From contig NC_068982.1 of the NCBI RefSeq assembly GCF_001194135.2, positions 180,158,214 to 180,209,518 on the forward strand: a stretch of DNA of 51,305 nt. Direction: 5' to 3'. A program made the translations under genes and the position numbers. This document shows positions 23,582-35,125 of the stretch, piece after piece (the stretch's first letter is position 1; every line of letters starts with the position of its first letter). The notes under the pieces are model-generated. The model had not been told where the DNA came from. It searched no databases and worked only from the letters and a program-made list of their open reading frames with translations. Source of the stretch: Octopus bimaculoides. Its lineage: Eukaryota.

Positions 23582-23955
23582 TTGTTGTTGGCACTCCGTC
23601 GCTTACGACGTCGAAGGTTCCAGTTGATCCGATCAACGGAACAGCCTGCTCGTTAAATTAACGTGCGAGTGGCTGAGCACTCCACAGACACGTGTACCCT
23701 TAACGTAGTTCTCGGGGATATTCAGCGTGACACAGTGTGACTTTGAATTACAGGCACAACAGAAACAGGAAGTAAGAGTGAGAGAAAGTTGTGGTGAAAG
23801 AGTACAGCAGGGTTCACTACCATCCTCTGCCGGAGCCTCGTGGTGCTTTTAGGTGGTTTCGCTCACTAAACACTCACAACGCCCGGTCTGGGAATCGAAA
23901 CCGCGATTCTGTGACCGCGAGTCCGCTGTCCTAACCACTGGGCCTTTGCGCCTCC
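23582..23955 (-). mobile_element. SINE family A (tail type 2)
   Basis: Head GGAGGCGCAAAGGCCCAGTGGTTAGG...GGTTTCGATTCCCAGACCGGGCG. The body is shared with 4803 but the 3' part is different, ending GGAGTGCCAACAAC. Confidence 0.9.
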
Positions 23956-24602
23956 ACTCTCAGACATGTAAAGGGTGGGAATATGGTCAGAATACGTAAG
24001 TTCAGAAAACAATTGCGCTGTCAAATTACATCGGAAGATTATCTGGGGAGTCACGAAAGATTGTTAGAGACAGCGAGGTCCAGTGAGGATTTGGGAAGGA
24101 CTGGCAGAAGAGATTTTCACATGAACAGAGGATGATGGCGTTGGGTGCTTACAAAAATATACATAAACGTGTAGATATACACAAACATACTCGCAAAAGC
24201 CCTTCGATGCGCTCACACATATACACATATGCACTCTTCTTCAGCTGCAACTACATAAATACTTGTACACTTACAGGCATAAATATATACACACAAATAT
24301 CAATAGCGATGCTTCATCTTGACGATTAGTAGCTGTGTCAATCAATCTATAGCATCTCAATAATCTCTAATTCGTTTTTGTGCTCTAAAATGACTCCAAT
24401 CCAGGAAACTCCCAGGAAGCAATTTCTGTCCACGTAGTATGAGAACGGCGTTAAGATAAGTTTTCCACCCCTTTGTGTGTGGATTTGAGATTGTGGGCCT
24501 CCAACTGGTTTAGTCTGTACATGTCGCTGCGCCTCCATGGTTATAAAACTTTAATAGAGAGACCAGATGAACAAGAAAGAATGAGACATCTGTAAATCAT
24601 AG

Positions 24603-24768
24603 GATTAAAGTCGCATACGCTTGTACAATACGTACCCCACTTTCTAAATATCAGGAACTGGAATTCAATAACAAGTATTCCAAGATGAATGACAGCTACA
24701 TCAACTGCAGCTTTGATTTCCGACTTTTTCCGACTTTTTCCGAGCAAAGAGACCCACGTTGTATCCAT
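24603..24768 (+). CDS. Candidate exon (IKVAYACTIRTPLSKYQELEFNNKYSKMNDSYINCSFDFRLFPTFSEQRDPRCIH)
   Basis: Open frame in non-repetitive DNA with strong donor CAT|GTGAGT. Possible acceptors are CATAG|24603 and TTTCTAAATATCAG|24655. No recognised homology. Confidence 0.3.
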
Positions 24769-24856
24769 GTGAGTCTACGGTCATCCGAATAAGAGTCAAC
24801 AAACATACATTTAAGTACAATTCATAGATAAACACACATATACATACACGCGCGCG

Positions 24857-24897
<41 letters not shown>

Positions 24898-24933
24898 GCT
24901 CACATACATGTATAAATACACATAAGAGAAGCA

Positions 24934-25161
24934 GTGAGCTGGCAGAAACGTTAGCACGCCGGGCGAAATGCTTAGCGGTATTTCGTCTGCCGCTACGTTC
25001 TGAGTTCAAATTCCGCCGAGGTCGACTTTGCCTTTCATCCTTTCAGGGTCGATTAAATAAGTACCAGTTACGCACTGGGGTCGATATAATCGACTTAATC
25101 CGTTTGTCTGTCCTTGTTTGTCCCCCTCTGTGTGTAGCCCCTTGTGGGTAGTAAAAAATAA
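24934..25161 (+). mobile_element. SINE family B, young-looking, with alternative tail (...CCCCTTGTGGGTAGTAAAAAATA)
   Basis: GTGAGCTGGCAGAAACGTTAGCACGCCGGGCGAAATGC...GAGTTCAAATTCCGCCGAGGTCGAC; CpGs are retained. Confidence 0.92.
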
Positions 25162-25316
25162 CACACATAAGAGAGGAACGAATCTGTTGCCACACACTTT
25201 GATATTCAAATGCACTCACTCAGGGCTCATATATATATATATATACCGGTTCAGACACACGTATCACTATACTATAACGTACATATGAATATAATGCACT
25301 TATACGCATGCACATA

Positions 25317-25529
25317 TATTCTTTTTCTACTCTAGGCACAAAGCCCGATTTTTTGGGAAGGGGGCCAGTCGATTAGATCGACCCCAGTTCGCAACTGGTA
25401 CGTAATTTATCGATCCCGAAAGGATGAAAAACAAAGTCGACCTCGGCGGAATTTGAACACACAACGTAAAGACGGACGAAATAACGCTTAGCATTTCGAC
25501 CGGTGTGCCAACGTTTCTGCCAGTTCGCC
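25317..25529 (-). mobile_element. SINE family B, inverted relative to 24934
   Basis: Reverse complement of the family B head and body with the TGTGCCTAGAGTAGAAAAAGAATAT tail. Confidence 0.9.
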
Positions 25530-26154
25530 ACCTTACATGCACGTATTTTACTATACATTGGTATACGTATATATGCACGTACTAATTTACATTTTTATAT
25601 ATAATTGTATACACACATATATATACTATTACAAACTTATTTCTTTCGAAACATTATGACACTGCGCGCGCGCACGCACACACACACTATTACACACTTT
25701 TATCCCCAGAAACATTATTACACTACACTACCCACACACACACACACGCACACACACACACGCACACACACACAGAAACACATTACTACAATACATGCAT
25801 TGGGGTACACACTAATACATACTTCTATTTTGATGTATTATTACTCCTATGTGTGTTTGTATGTGTGCGTATGTGCATGTGTGTGAAAGAGAAAGAGAGA
25901 GCGAAAGAGTGAGAGAGAAAGAGAAAGAAAAAGAGTGGGTGTGTATACGTGACTGTGTGTATGCTTGTGCAAGTGCGTGTGCGTACACCTGTGTGAGGAA
26001 TGAATAAATATCTTTTATTACAGTATTTGTGTTTCTATGAGCATTTTATTGTCGTCGAGTATTTATGAATCTGGATATGTTAAATATGTTGTATAAATGC
26101 CTATCTATACATGTATTTGATTTGTGTAAAAGTATGCGTGCGTGTGCTTAGGAG

Positions 26155-26208
<54 letters not shown>

Positions 26209-27418
26209 TGTGTGTGTGTGTGTGTTGGTGCGCGTATCTGAATGGGATCCGCCATTATTCATACTCTGAATGCCCCACAATTTACTGGCGTCGTAATTGT
26301 GCCGAAGCGTTTCTTTTACATTCTCACCTCGGTGGTAACTGCTATGAAGTTTAAGCATCAGCCTTTCATATAACATCTTTTCCATTTTTTTTTTTGTTTT
26401 ATTCCAGAGAAACAACAAGGCAAAAATTGTTTTCCACCAAGAAATTACATTAATGTCGCCATTTAATTGGTCCTAATAAAAGTTCGGATGAGATATCTTA
26501 GAATTGGCGACATGTGGCGGAAAGTGGAGAAAATCCCTTCGGGTTTCATACAGACGAAGAAAGGAGCGGGGAAAATAAACGAACGAAATTATTGTGGTTT
26601 TCACTGACGTAGTAAGTTTTGTGTAAGAAGAATATAATATCTGAATGTTTTGTTAATGTAAGACGCTGGGAAAATAGTATGATGCAGTGTAATTCTTGAA
26701 CGGATGAAGAACGGGGAAAAAAAACACAAGAAAAAGTTCTAATAAATAAATATACAAAACCCCAATTAATTGCAGCAAAAGTAACAATTTGGAAACGATT
26801 TAAGCTTCCATGCAAAATATTGTAATATCTGAATCGAAGCTGAGTTCTACAACATTTTATTGTATAATCATAATTATTTGAGTGTAATAAATATGGTAAA
26901 AGAACTTATGTGCTGAAGAATTTAACCACTAGTAACATAGTTGTGGAACAATCTATACAATAATTTATAAATATAGACTATCTGATATTGTTAGTAGATA
27001 TAAACCTACAACTACATCAAACCATTCTGATATCAGCTCATACTAACATATCTTTTATTTTTCATTTTAACATTTTCGTCATTATAGAACACATATATTT
27101 ATGTATCTCTTTTCTATTTCTGCCCTCGACTGACGCGAAGTGACTGAGACGTTGAAAATTTATTACTTTTCAGATTTAAACATTTTTCTTTAGCAGATCG
27201 TTTTTCTGTCATCATGTAGTAAGTTGCTAACAACATTTCGATCGGTTTTCTCATCAGGCGTCTTCAGGTGATTTGACTGAGCTTGACCTAGTCAGAAAGT
27301 GAGTCTAATGATATGGTAGATATTTCTGTAGTAGGGAGAATTTTAACTGAGGTCTGGCTCTAGTAATGCTTTAATGTATTCACTCTTCCCTACCCCAAAT
27401 GATAGTAGCAATAGGGTG

Positions 27419-27625
27419 GTGGGTCGGCAGAATCCTTGTGTATAGGACAAAATAATTTGCGGCATTCGTTTCAGCTCTTTACGTTCTGAATTCAAATTCT
27501 GATGGAGCCAACTTTGTCTTTCTTCCTTACGGGGTCGACAAAGTGAAGTGCCTGTCAAGAACTGAGGGCAATGATATCGACTAAACCCCTCCTGTCAAAA
27601 ATGCTACCCTTATGCCTCAATCAAA
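27419..27625 (+). mobile_element. SINE family B, old and diverged
   Basis: GGCAGAATC...TTACGTTCTGAATTCAAATTC...CTTTGTCTTTCTTCCTTACGGGGTCGAC. Confidence 0.7.
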
Positions 27626-27719
27626 TGCTGAGATCGATGTAATCAACTAACATTGCTGCTCTTGTGCTTAAATTAAAAATCGTTGTTATTGTTGTTTTTG
27701 TTGCTGTTGTTGTTATATA

Positions 27720-28120
27720 ACTGTTCAATATTTGGTAGATTGAGGCAAATTTCTACTGCATCTCCTGCTACATCTCCGTGTTGCTGGACTATATGCAGCA
27801 TTACGTGTTCTTTTTTGCTCTCAGAAGTGTACGAACTCTTCCCGGTACTGTATTGTGTTATCTATTTTACCTTGAGGTGTGATGCTGCCTTTCGTTGTGC
27901 TACTACTTCTATTGTGTGTTGAGTGTGTAATGCTTCGGGTTTTCTGGGTTGCTGGTGGGAGTTTATGTCACTCGATAAATGCTGTATAGAGTGTCTTGTA
28001 TTTGTGGGTTGTTTTCTTTAGGTTGGATTGATAGCGTCTTGCGTAGGATGTGTGCTGTCCCTAGCTATTTTTTGGACGGTGTGTAGAGAGAGTTGAGAGT
28101 CCAGGCATAGTTTAGTATAT
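27720..28120 (-). mobile_element. R4/Dong-like non-LTR element, extreme 3' end plus 3'UTR
   Basis: Minus-strand LHTVQK*LGTAHILRKTLSIQ matches the C-terminus of the 38.5-kb copy (KIALLGAAHILRK). It ends in an (AAC/AAT)-rich tract at about 27684-27715. Confidence 0.7.
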
Positions 28121-28229
28121 ACTTTATAATATACTTTCACACAATAACTTAATATGTACTTAGGAATGCGACTCAAGTGTTGATGAGACCAAGCCTAAAG
28201 AGATTACCCAAAGCGTCAACACGAACAGC

Positions 28230-28460
28230 AACAGCGATACAAACAACAAAAACCACGACAACAGCAACACAATCAACCAAACCAACACAGTCGTCCCCAG
28301 CAGCAGCAGCAGCAGCAACTACCACCACCACCACCACCACCACCACCATCACCACCACCACCACCACCGCAACAACAACAACAACAACAACGAGAAAAAT
28401 GAATGACGGCATCGAAAACAGCAACAATCACAGCAACAGACTCAACATCAACATCAAATC
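28230..28460. repeat. (CAA)/(CAG)/(CAC) compound trinucleotide tract
   Basis: Directly visible. Confidence 0.9.
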
Positions 28461-28969
28461 CTAAGTTACTACAACCTGAAGATCCGATACGTCGTAAAAA
28501 TGGAGGAACGCCTACAAAATAGCAGTTCTAGATACAGTTTGTCAATATCTTTGCTATAACGTGCTTCCACATTGCCATTATATATGGTATATAGTAACAT
28601 CTACGATATAACTTTCACTGTTCCGTATGCTATAGAAATATCTATGCTATAACATACTTCCACACTATTATCTAATGTTATAACAATATCTAGAATATAA
28701 CATGCATCGACTTATGTGGTATATGATCCAGTTTTATGACCGTACATACTTTGCTTTGCAATAATTATATTTACTCTTTGTGCCTGACTGTCAGTTTACA
28801 AAAATAATTCTTGCAGAATTGTATAACAATCATTTCCTATATTTTTTGCATCGTGATTGCACAACTCTTTTTTCCTATAGTTTTGAATCCCATTGTTGCA
28901 AACTTATTAGTTTTTTAATTTTTTATTTTTATATCTTCTCTATAAACTGTCGTGTGTTCTTTAATAATA

Positions 28970-30200
28970 AATTCCTGCCATTTCGCTAAATTCACACACT
29001 ATGGTTGACAGGTTTGTCTACTTTATCACACATTCAACGTTTACTATCTTGCTGCTCTCTGCAGATTCTTTTGTTTTAACGAGATTTGTTTCAATCGCCA
29101 TTTCTTGCTTAGCTATGATAAAGATTTCTATTTCCATCCCCAGTTCTCCAACTTTCAGCCAATTCCACTTATTCCATTTCTAGATCTCTTAACCAGACGA
29201 ACTGTCCATGCAGTACTTTGTTAATACAATTTTCCACTCTCTCTTCTACCTTCGCTTCTGACATTTTTCTACATCCAAGTTTCCATTATATATCTTTCTG
29301 GCTGAGCCTATAAACTTCTCTTCATATTCCAATATATTTCCTGTAATTTCTACGTCTACTGTGTCTGTTACATTGATTACACTCTGTCCATCCTAACAAC
29401 ATTGTTTCATAGATGCAGTCCATTGTGGATTGTTAATAGCTTTCTGCTGTAGCTATTTATTTCGTCCAGTTCATTTTTCGCCTACTAAAGTAAAACTGCA
29501 GAATAGATCAATATTAGCATTGTTTAGGTTTTGATTCTTTCAATGAAATTCTTTTCATTTAGTTCTGTTTCTATGATCTTCCTAACTGTTCTCTTGTAGT
29601 TTTCTGCAAATTAACTTTCTTTTCTTTCTGTTTCCTTATCATATTGATGAACATCTAAATATTTATATCATTCATTGTCCTTCAGCGATATAATTGTCTT
29701 GTTTTCTGCTTGAATTATTTCCTCAAACTTTACCATTTTCATCTCTTTATTCCAGCTAAGGCAATTTTGTCACTATCATATCTCCAGTGAAACTTCCGGC
29801 AAATCGTATCAAAGAATTCCCCTCCACCCTTCTCAGTTCTTGTATTTACAGTAAACGCTGAGATCATTGATAGATAGAAGGTTGATTTCCTCAATAATTT
29901 AGCCACAGGTATCTTTGGTTTGAAATTTCGTAAAATATTGAAATAACTGGCTCGAAGTAATAACAAATAGGATTGTGACCTCTGAAATCAGCCGCCTTAG
30001 ATTTCATATTCACTTTATCAAAATTTTTTTATGCCATTGTGGATATCAAATTAGATGTCTTTAGCAGAATTTTCTCTGTTGCAAGTATTCAAATCTGGTC
30101 TGTGAAGGGAAGAACATTTCCCCCTTTTTTCCAGCAGTTTCTGAGTCAGCAGAAAAGGTCACTGAGTTTTGACATTCTTCTGATTATGTCACCGCAAGAC
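28970..30200 (-). pseudogene. Heavily decayed R4/Dong-like RT-to-zinc-knuckle region
   Basis: Minus-strand EINLLSINDLSVY (KINHLLYMDDLKLY equivalent), ELDEINSYSRKLLTIHNGLH, KVLHGQF and WLKVGELGMEIEIFIIAKQEMAIETN parallel the motifs of the 37.4-38.5 kb copy. Confidence 0.7.
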
Positions 30201-30360
30201 ATGTTTTTACACATTAGAGACTCCTGCGTTGGGGCACACAGACACAGACACACAGACACACAGACACACACAGACATACACTAATGAAGGATCTTCTAGA
30301 ATATAAAAGTATGTCTCGTGATGGTATAGTAAGAAAATCCTGTAAATACGCATGCGCGCG

Positions 30361-30471
<111 letters not shown>

Positions 30472-30704
30472 CTGTGTGTATAAATTTATTTAGTATGATG
30501 TATATATGCATCCATCAATCGATCCATTTTCCCATCAATCCATCCTCCTATCCATCTATACATCGTTGCATCGATGCATCCATCTCTCTCCCTTATCTTT
30601 TCTGGTTTATTCTACTATATTATATAATATTAAATATAATAAGTTATAATATATAATATAATACAATAATGTATGTATATATTTGATACACACACACACA
30701 TATA

Positions 30705-31135
30705 TTGAATACATGGGGAAAAAGACAGGAGAGCAAGTAACGTACAGACAACCACCAAGCCATGAAGCCATCAAGTACCCTAGATAGATGAATACATGGA
30801 AAGAAAGATAAGTAAAATACGGACCGACCCCAGAGGAGCCAGACTAAGGTATCGAACCTCTAGTTATCCAAGAACATATGCAGAAATGACATCCAGCTCA
30901 CCCCAAGTGCAAGCTAGAAACCCTTGTTTTGCAATATCAAAGCATAACACTGCAATAAACAAACACATGGAATATAAAAGACAACCATCAACCCATAATA
31001 TCAAACGCCCTAGATGGATAAATACACGGAGAAAAAGACAGGAAAGACAAATAACATACAGACAACCACTAATCCATAAAGCCGCCAAGTACCCTAGATG
31101 GAGGAATACATGGGAAGAAAGACAAGTAAATATAT
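30705..31135 (+). repeat. Degenerate approximately 80-bp minisatellite in the PLE 5'/N-terminal region
   Basis: CAGACAACCAC...AAGTACCC(C)TAGAT(A/G)GA..AATACATGG..AGAAAGA units at about 30721-30817, 30977-31045 and 31034-31129. Confidence 0.75.
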
Positions 31136-33148
31136 GGATAACACAGAAACCATAATATGGATAATCATTATGGAAACTCAAGAAACCCACGATTTGCGAC
31201 CAACGATCCCATACATCCTGAATGGTCAAATAAACATAGAAAGTAGGAAGAAGACAGAACCTATGGACAACGAAATACGTGCAAATCCCCCGGAAACAAC
31301 AAAAAAATGGAAACACAATAATACAGTTCCCTTTTCAGGGAGAAAATACCACAATCGGGCACCAGACCCGACGCAACAGAAAATTTTACTGAGCACACAG
31401 AACATATAGACCCGAAGATTATAAATTTGTCAAAGTAAAACCTCAACAAAAATGAGATGAATCTGCTATTGAAAGGTTTCAAATTTACCCCGACACCCAC
31501 CCCTAATCTCATTGAACTAAAAGCTGATAGTGAACATTTTAACCGCCACTTCCGGATTATAGAATTCTTTGGCAATAAGGATATAAATGACGAATCAATT
31601 GCCAGGAATAAATCCCATTTTACCCCCTATAAGGGGAATGACAAATATTTAGACACAATTTCAAAATTTCCCCTAAATACTCGTAAATACAAACAAAACC
31701 TTCGTGAAGAAGAAAAGGAAGCCTTACTAACACCGAAGAACGACAATTCAATCATCCTAAAAGAAGCCGATAAGGGAGGGGGCAATAGTAATAATGGACA
31801 AAGACTACTATAAAGATAAAATATCGGAAATTCTAACAGACCAAACCTACTACAAGGAAGAACCAAGACACCTGGAAAAAGCAATAATGAATAAAACCAA
31901 AGCACTAGTTAATGAATACCAAGATTCCTCCACAGACAATGAGAAAGATTATTTATGCAACTCTGTAATCAAAGAGAGAAATTTCTACTGATTATCCAAA
32001 TACTGAGAGCCATAAATGAGCAGAGGGACCAATGCATGAAAATTCTAAGACCTACTGATATCAAACTGAGACCAATAGTTGCTGGACCTCAAGCACCAGC
32101 ATAGCAACTGAGTCATTTTTGGACATACTCCTAAAGCCTTTATGCCCATTAATACCCAGCTATATACGGGATGGTTTAGATTTCATTCAGCACATTCCAT
32201 TCACTATCCTAGAAGGTACTATACTTACAAGCTTTGACGTCATAAATCTTTATATTAAAATACCTCACAATTTAGGTCTGGAAGCAGTCAAACGTAGAGA
32301 AATGAAAGCTTCAAAACTGACTTCATCACCAAGCCGACACACCTGGTACTTGAAGAAAACACCTTTAGATTCGATAATAAAACATATAGATAGATAAAGG
32401 GTACGGCTATGGGGACGCAGTTTGCACCCTCGTATGCTAACCTAGTCATGGGATACTTGGGAGGAAAGCTGTATGAGAAGGTAAATTGCAAGAAATTCAT
32501 CATTAAAAAGTGGAAACACTTCCTCGATGACTGCTTCATCTTTTGGGACAAATCAAATGAGAACCAACAAATATCTAATAGAATACTCAACACATTTCAC
32601 CCAACCATCAAATTCACAACAGAAACGAGTTGCAATGAATTACCATTCCTGAATATTCACATGAAAATACACATCTCCACAGTCACAACAGACACGTTTT
32701 ACAAAAACACCGGACACACACCAATTATTGAATTTCTACTCTTGCCATCTCTCACAAATCAAATGGAACATCCCATCATGGCAAGACGTGTCTGTACTGT
32801 AGTGATTGACCCCAAAATACGTCAAATTCAACTCAACGAGTTCAAAGACTTCCTAACAAAGCAGAAATACACCTTAGGATTAATAAACGAGGGAACTAAA
32901 AAGGCAATGAAGTTGAGCATCGCACAGATAAGGACACCATAGGAAAAAATTAATGGGTACACGATTCCATTTATTAATATGAAAAATTCTTGGGTAGACA
33001 ACATCTATTACACCATAAAATCAAACCTATCTACACTTCTACAAATCTTCAAAATGAAAGATCTGATTGATAAAAATCCCTTAGGAAACAGTAGACGCCA
33101 ACCAAAAAATCTCAAAAGACACCTCCTATTTTGATTTGGCTCAGTAAC

Positions 33149-33184
33149 CTAGCTGAGCTCGACGAGCTGAAAGACGTCTACGAG
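33149..33184 (+). ncRNA. Hammerhead relic at the PLE 3' end (core deletion)
   Basis: CTAG-CTGA(3 nt missing)-GCTCG[A]CGAGC-T-GAA-AGACGTCT-A-CGAG; palindromic 8-nt stem III and 3/4 stem I. Confidence 0.45.
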
Positions 33185-34024
33185 ACGTGAAGTGGTTTGG
33201 GGCCGAATCAGACCCTTTTAATATATGTAACTCTTACTAAATGTGCTGAGTACCTCCTTTCATTCGTCCTTTCACCCTTATATATGTCGTCATATANNNN
33301 NNNNNNNNNNNNNNNNNNNNNNNNNNNNNNNNNNNNNNNNNNNNNNNNNNNNNNNNNNNNNNNNNNNNNNNNNNNNNNNNNNNNNNNNNNNNNNNNNNNN
33401 NNNNNNNNNNNNNNNNTATATATATATATATGTTACGACATTTCATGAAGTTAATTCATTAAATTGTTAGCGTTTTCTTTTACTTTCATCTACTGAAACA
33501 CCATTCTGTCGATATAGAAGTAGACTACACTGTAGCCTGTCACACCAGTCAGCATCCTCTGGTGTCTTTCTTTTTCAAGAAATACTTGTTCTATTTCAAT
33601 GATCGGCGCTGTCTCATCAGTTTCCAATCCTACCATTAGTTTCTCATCAACAATAAATATACAATAGTTTTGAAGTTGTTTTCTTCAGTTACTTTTCTTC
33701 TTTATCGCTTTGATCATCGACTGTTCCCCTTGTTCTCATCTATCATGCATTAGTCATTTTTTACATACACACACACACACACCACGCACACACACACACC
33801 ACACACACACACATATATATATGTATCAGATATTTTGTGAAATGAAATGTTGTTCACTGTTCACTGTTTCACTGATTTACGATCGCCAATGTGACAAAAG
33901 AATATCTGTAAAAATACTATGTGAGTTTTGCTCGGCGCACCAGTTTATTGTCAGTTTTCCCATCGATATGAATATCAATCGCAGCTATGCGTTCACGCAC
34001 ACACACATTGCATATGTATGTGTG

Positions 34025-34063
<39 letters not shown>

Positions 34064-34840
34064 TATATGCACGTATGAATAATACATTATATATGCATAT
34101 ATAATATTATATACATAATATATAATATATATATGTACAATATAATATATATATATATNNNNNNNNNNNNNNNNNNNNNNNNNNNNNNNNNNNNNNNNNN
34201 NNNNNNNNNNNNNNNNNNNNNNNNNNNNNNNNNNNNNNNNNNNNNNNNNNNNNNNNNNNNNNNNNNNNNNNNNNNNNNNNNNNNNNNNNNNNNNNNNNNN
34301 NNNNNNNNNNNNNNNNNNNNNNNNNNNNNNNNNNNNNNNNNNNNNNNNNNNNNNNNNNNNNNNNNNNNNNNNNNNNNNNNNNNNNNNNNNNNNNNNNNNN
34401 NNNNNNNNNNNNNNNNNNNNNNNNNNNNNNNNNNNNNNNNNNNNNNNNNNNNNNNNNNNNNNNNNNNNNNNNNNNNNNNNNNNNNNNNNNNNNNNNNNNN
34501 NNNNNNNNNNNNNNNNNNNNNNNNNNNNNNNNNNNNNNNNNNNNNNNNNNNNNNNNNNNNNNNNNNNNNNNNNNNNNNNNNNNNNNNNNNNNNNNNNNNN
34601 NNNNNNNNNNNNNNNAGACACACACACACACATACTCACACACACACACACACATACACACACACACAGACAGACACACACACACACATACTCACACACA
34701 CACACACACATAGGCACACACACACACATACATACACACACAGGCACACACACACACATACATACACACACATTCAACAGAAAAGATACAAATAGGACGT
34801 GGGAATGGTAATTTTTTGCATGGCACTTATCAAACTGTCC

Positions 34841-34897
<57 letters not shown>

Positions 34898-34898
34898 A

Positions 34899-35020
34899 CT
34901 AGACTTACTACCCAGCGTTGCCCGGTAAAGTATTCACGGAATTGTTTGCCAGTTTGCAGCAGAAAGAGTGGAACCATTTCCTTCCGTTGCTCACTCTGTT
35001 ATCTTGCCGTCATTTCAGAC
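34899..35020 (-). mobile_element. Helitron 3'-terminal fragment
   Basis: Reverse complement ...ACCGGGCAACGCTGGGTAGTAAGTCTAG|T has the same CGGGCAACGC(C/T)G subterminal motif and CTAG end as 13232-13257. Confidence 0.7.
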
Positions 35021-35082
35021 GACTAAAGGCGGTGCTCCAGCATGGCCGCAGTCGAACGACTGAAACAAATAAAAGAATAAAA

Positions 35083-35085
<3 letters not shown>
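35021..35085 (+). mobile_element. SINE family C, tail only
   Basis: GACTAAAGGCGGTGCTCCAGCATGGCCGCAGTCGAACGACTGAAACAAATAAAAGAATAAAAGAA. Confidence 0.85.

Positions 35086-35125
<40 letters not shown>

Larger units (their letters stand above)
30700..33296 (+). mobile_element. Penelope-like retroelement, decayed; RT present, GIY-YIG endonuclease missing
   Basis: NLSK...EMNLLLKGFKFTPTP, IILKEADKGG, RPIVAG, LTSFDVINLYIKIPH, GTAMGTQFAPSYANLVMG, WKHFLDDCFIFW, HPTIKFT, ELPFLN and RQPKNLK are PLE RT/thumb motifs in order, with stops and frameshifts. Confidence 0.92.

Noticed and set aside
33480-33700. 64-codon minus-strand open frame (IVDEKLMVGLETDETAPIIEIEQVFLEKERHQRML...)
   Set aside because: No good splice sites and no recognised homology.
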